From the NCBI RefSeq assembly GCF_021028975.2, contig NC_059436.1, forward strand, positions 25,048,001 through 25,112,000: a stretch of 64,000 nucleotides of DNA, written 5' to 3'. Under the pieces are notes generated by a model. The model was not told where the DNA came from. It saw only the letters and a list, made by a program, of their open reading frames with translations, and did not search any database. How positions within the stretch are numbered: the stretch's first letter is position 1; each line of letters starts with the position of its first letter. This document shows positions 63,118 through 64,000 of this stretch, in pieces. A program made the translations under genes and the position numbers. This DNA comes from Sphaerodactylus townsendi. Taxonomy: Eukaryota.

Positions 63118-63306
63118 GGGGCCGTGGATCAGTGATAGAGCATCTGCTTGGAATGCAGAAGGCCCCAGCTTCAGTCCCCAGCATCTCCAGCTCAGGATCA
63201 GGAAGGAGGTCGTGTGGAAGCCGGAGACCCTGGAGAGCGGATGCCAGCCTGAGGAGCCAATGCTTATTTTGAGGGCCCGAGGGCCTGACTCATATAAAGC
63301 AGCTTC
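63118..63306 (+). mobile_element. tRNA-Ala-derived SINE with CR1-type tail
   Basis: GGGGCCGTGGATCAGTGATAGAGCATCTGCTTGGAATGCAGAAGG...CCCCAGCATCTCCA head. Tail cctgactcatataaagcagcttc. Confidence 0.75.
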
Positions 63307-64000
63307 GTGCTCTCGTCAGTGCATGTGCGTGCAAGCAGGTGTAAATGGGCGTTTCATAAATGGGGGTAAGAAGATTTGCCTGGTTGCAGGTGTTTCTTTC
63401 TGACAATGTCCCAAATGGAAGGAAGGACCCTGGATTCTGCTGAGTCTCTTCCCTGTGGTTTCTACTCAGCGCTCAGCTTCTCCGAAGATCTAGGCGTGTG
63501 AAGGAAATCTCCTCTGCCAGCTCCCTCACTTGATTGCAGCCCAGAAGGGGAGGTGAGACCCTCCTCACCTGCTGCCACAGCAATGCCCACCTCCTCCTTG
63601 CAGAGAGGAGAGGAGGGCACCTTCAGGTGGAGCACAAAAGAGTCTTCGGGTTTCTAGGCCGCCTCCCAAACCCCTTGGCCCAAGCAGAATAAACTTCTGT
63701 TGTCTCTGCAAGCCTCCGCTCCACCCCCTTATTAGCAACTGTGGCAGAACAGGTGCCCATGAGTCTGGGGAGGTGCTAATCAAATTTCATGCTTTGGAGC
63801 CGAAATGCCAGCTCAGCCGCAGGGGCTGGCAGCAATGCCCGGGCCTCGGACCTTCCGCCTGGTGACACAGAGCAGCAGGTCCTGGGCAAAACAGCAGCAT
63901 CTTGGCTTCTCGGCAGAGACTGGGTTGCCAGGTTAAAGAGGCCGCTGAACTGAGGGCCCAAAGGACTGCCCACTAATTAGGAAGCAGCAGATGGGGAAAT

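Noticed and set aside
63118-63190. Possible tRNA-Ala gene (also near 14791 and 12555)
   Set aside because: The stems are degenerate, and at 63118 the sequence continues into a SINE body and tail. These are SINE heads.

Overview
Vertebrate nuclear DNA, most likely a gecko or other squamate. This is inferred from the repeat families, not from any database hit. I found no recognisable host protein-coding exon, so the window looks like a large intron or gene desert with four assembly gaps. Main contents: (1) a decayed, 5'-truncated Ty3/Gypsy chromovirus on the minus strand (298-4470) with 3' LTR, PPT, chromodomain-integrase, RNase H, RT and protease; (2) many CR1, L2 and RTE-X-like LINE 3' ends; (3) tRNA/CORE SINEs, tRNA-Ala SINEs with a CR1-type tail, and a 5S-headed SINE; (4) many hAT MITEs with 8-bp target-site duplications (TSDs) and Harbinger-like MITEs; (5) seven short Penelope-derived elements with minimal hammerhead-ribozyme motifs, plus one hammerhead of a different family. 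The most unusual structure is at 34159-35048. It is a Penelope-derived insertion expanded into 132-bp tandem units, and each unit contains both its own TSD and the flanking DNA of another copy 4 kb upstream. Nearly all ORFs in the supplied track are repeat-derived or chance. Family names come from recalled consensus features and need RepeatMasker/Dfam confirmation.
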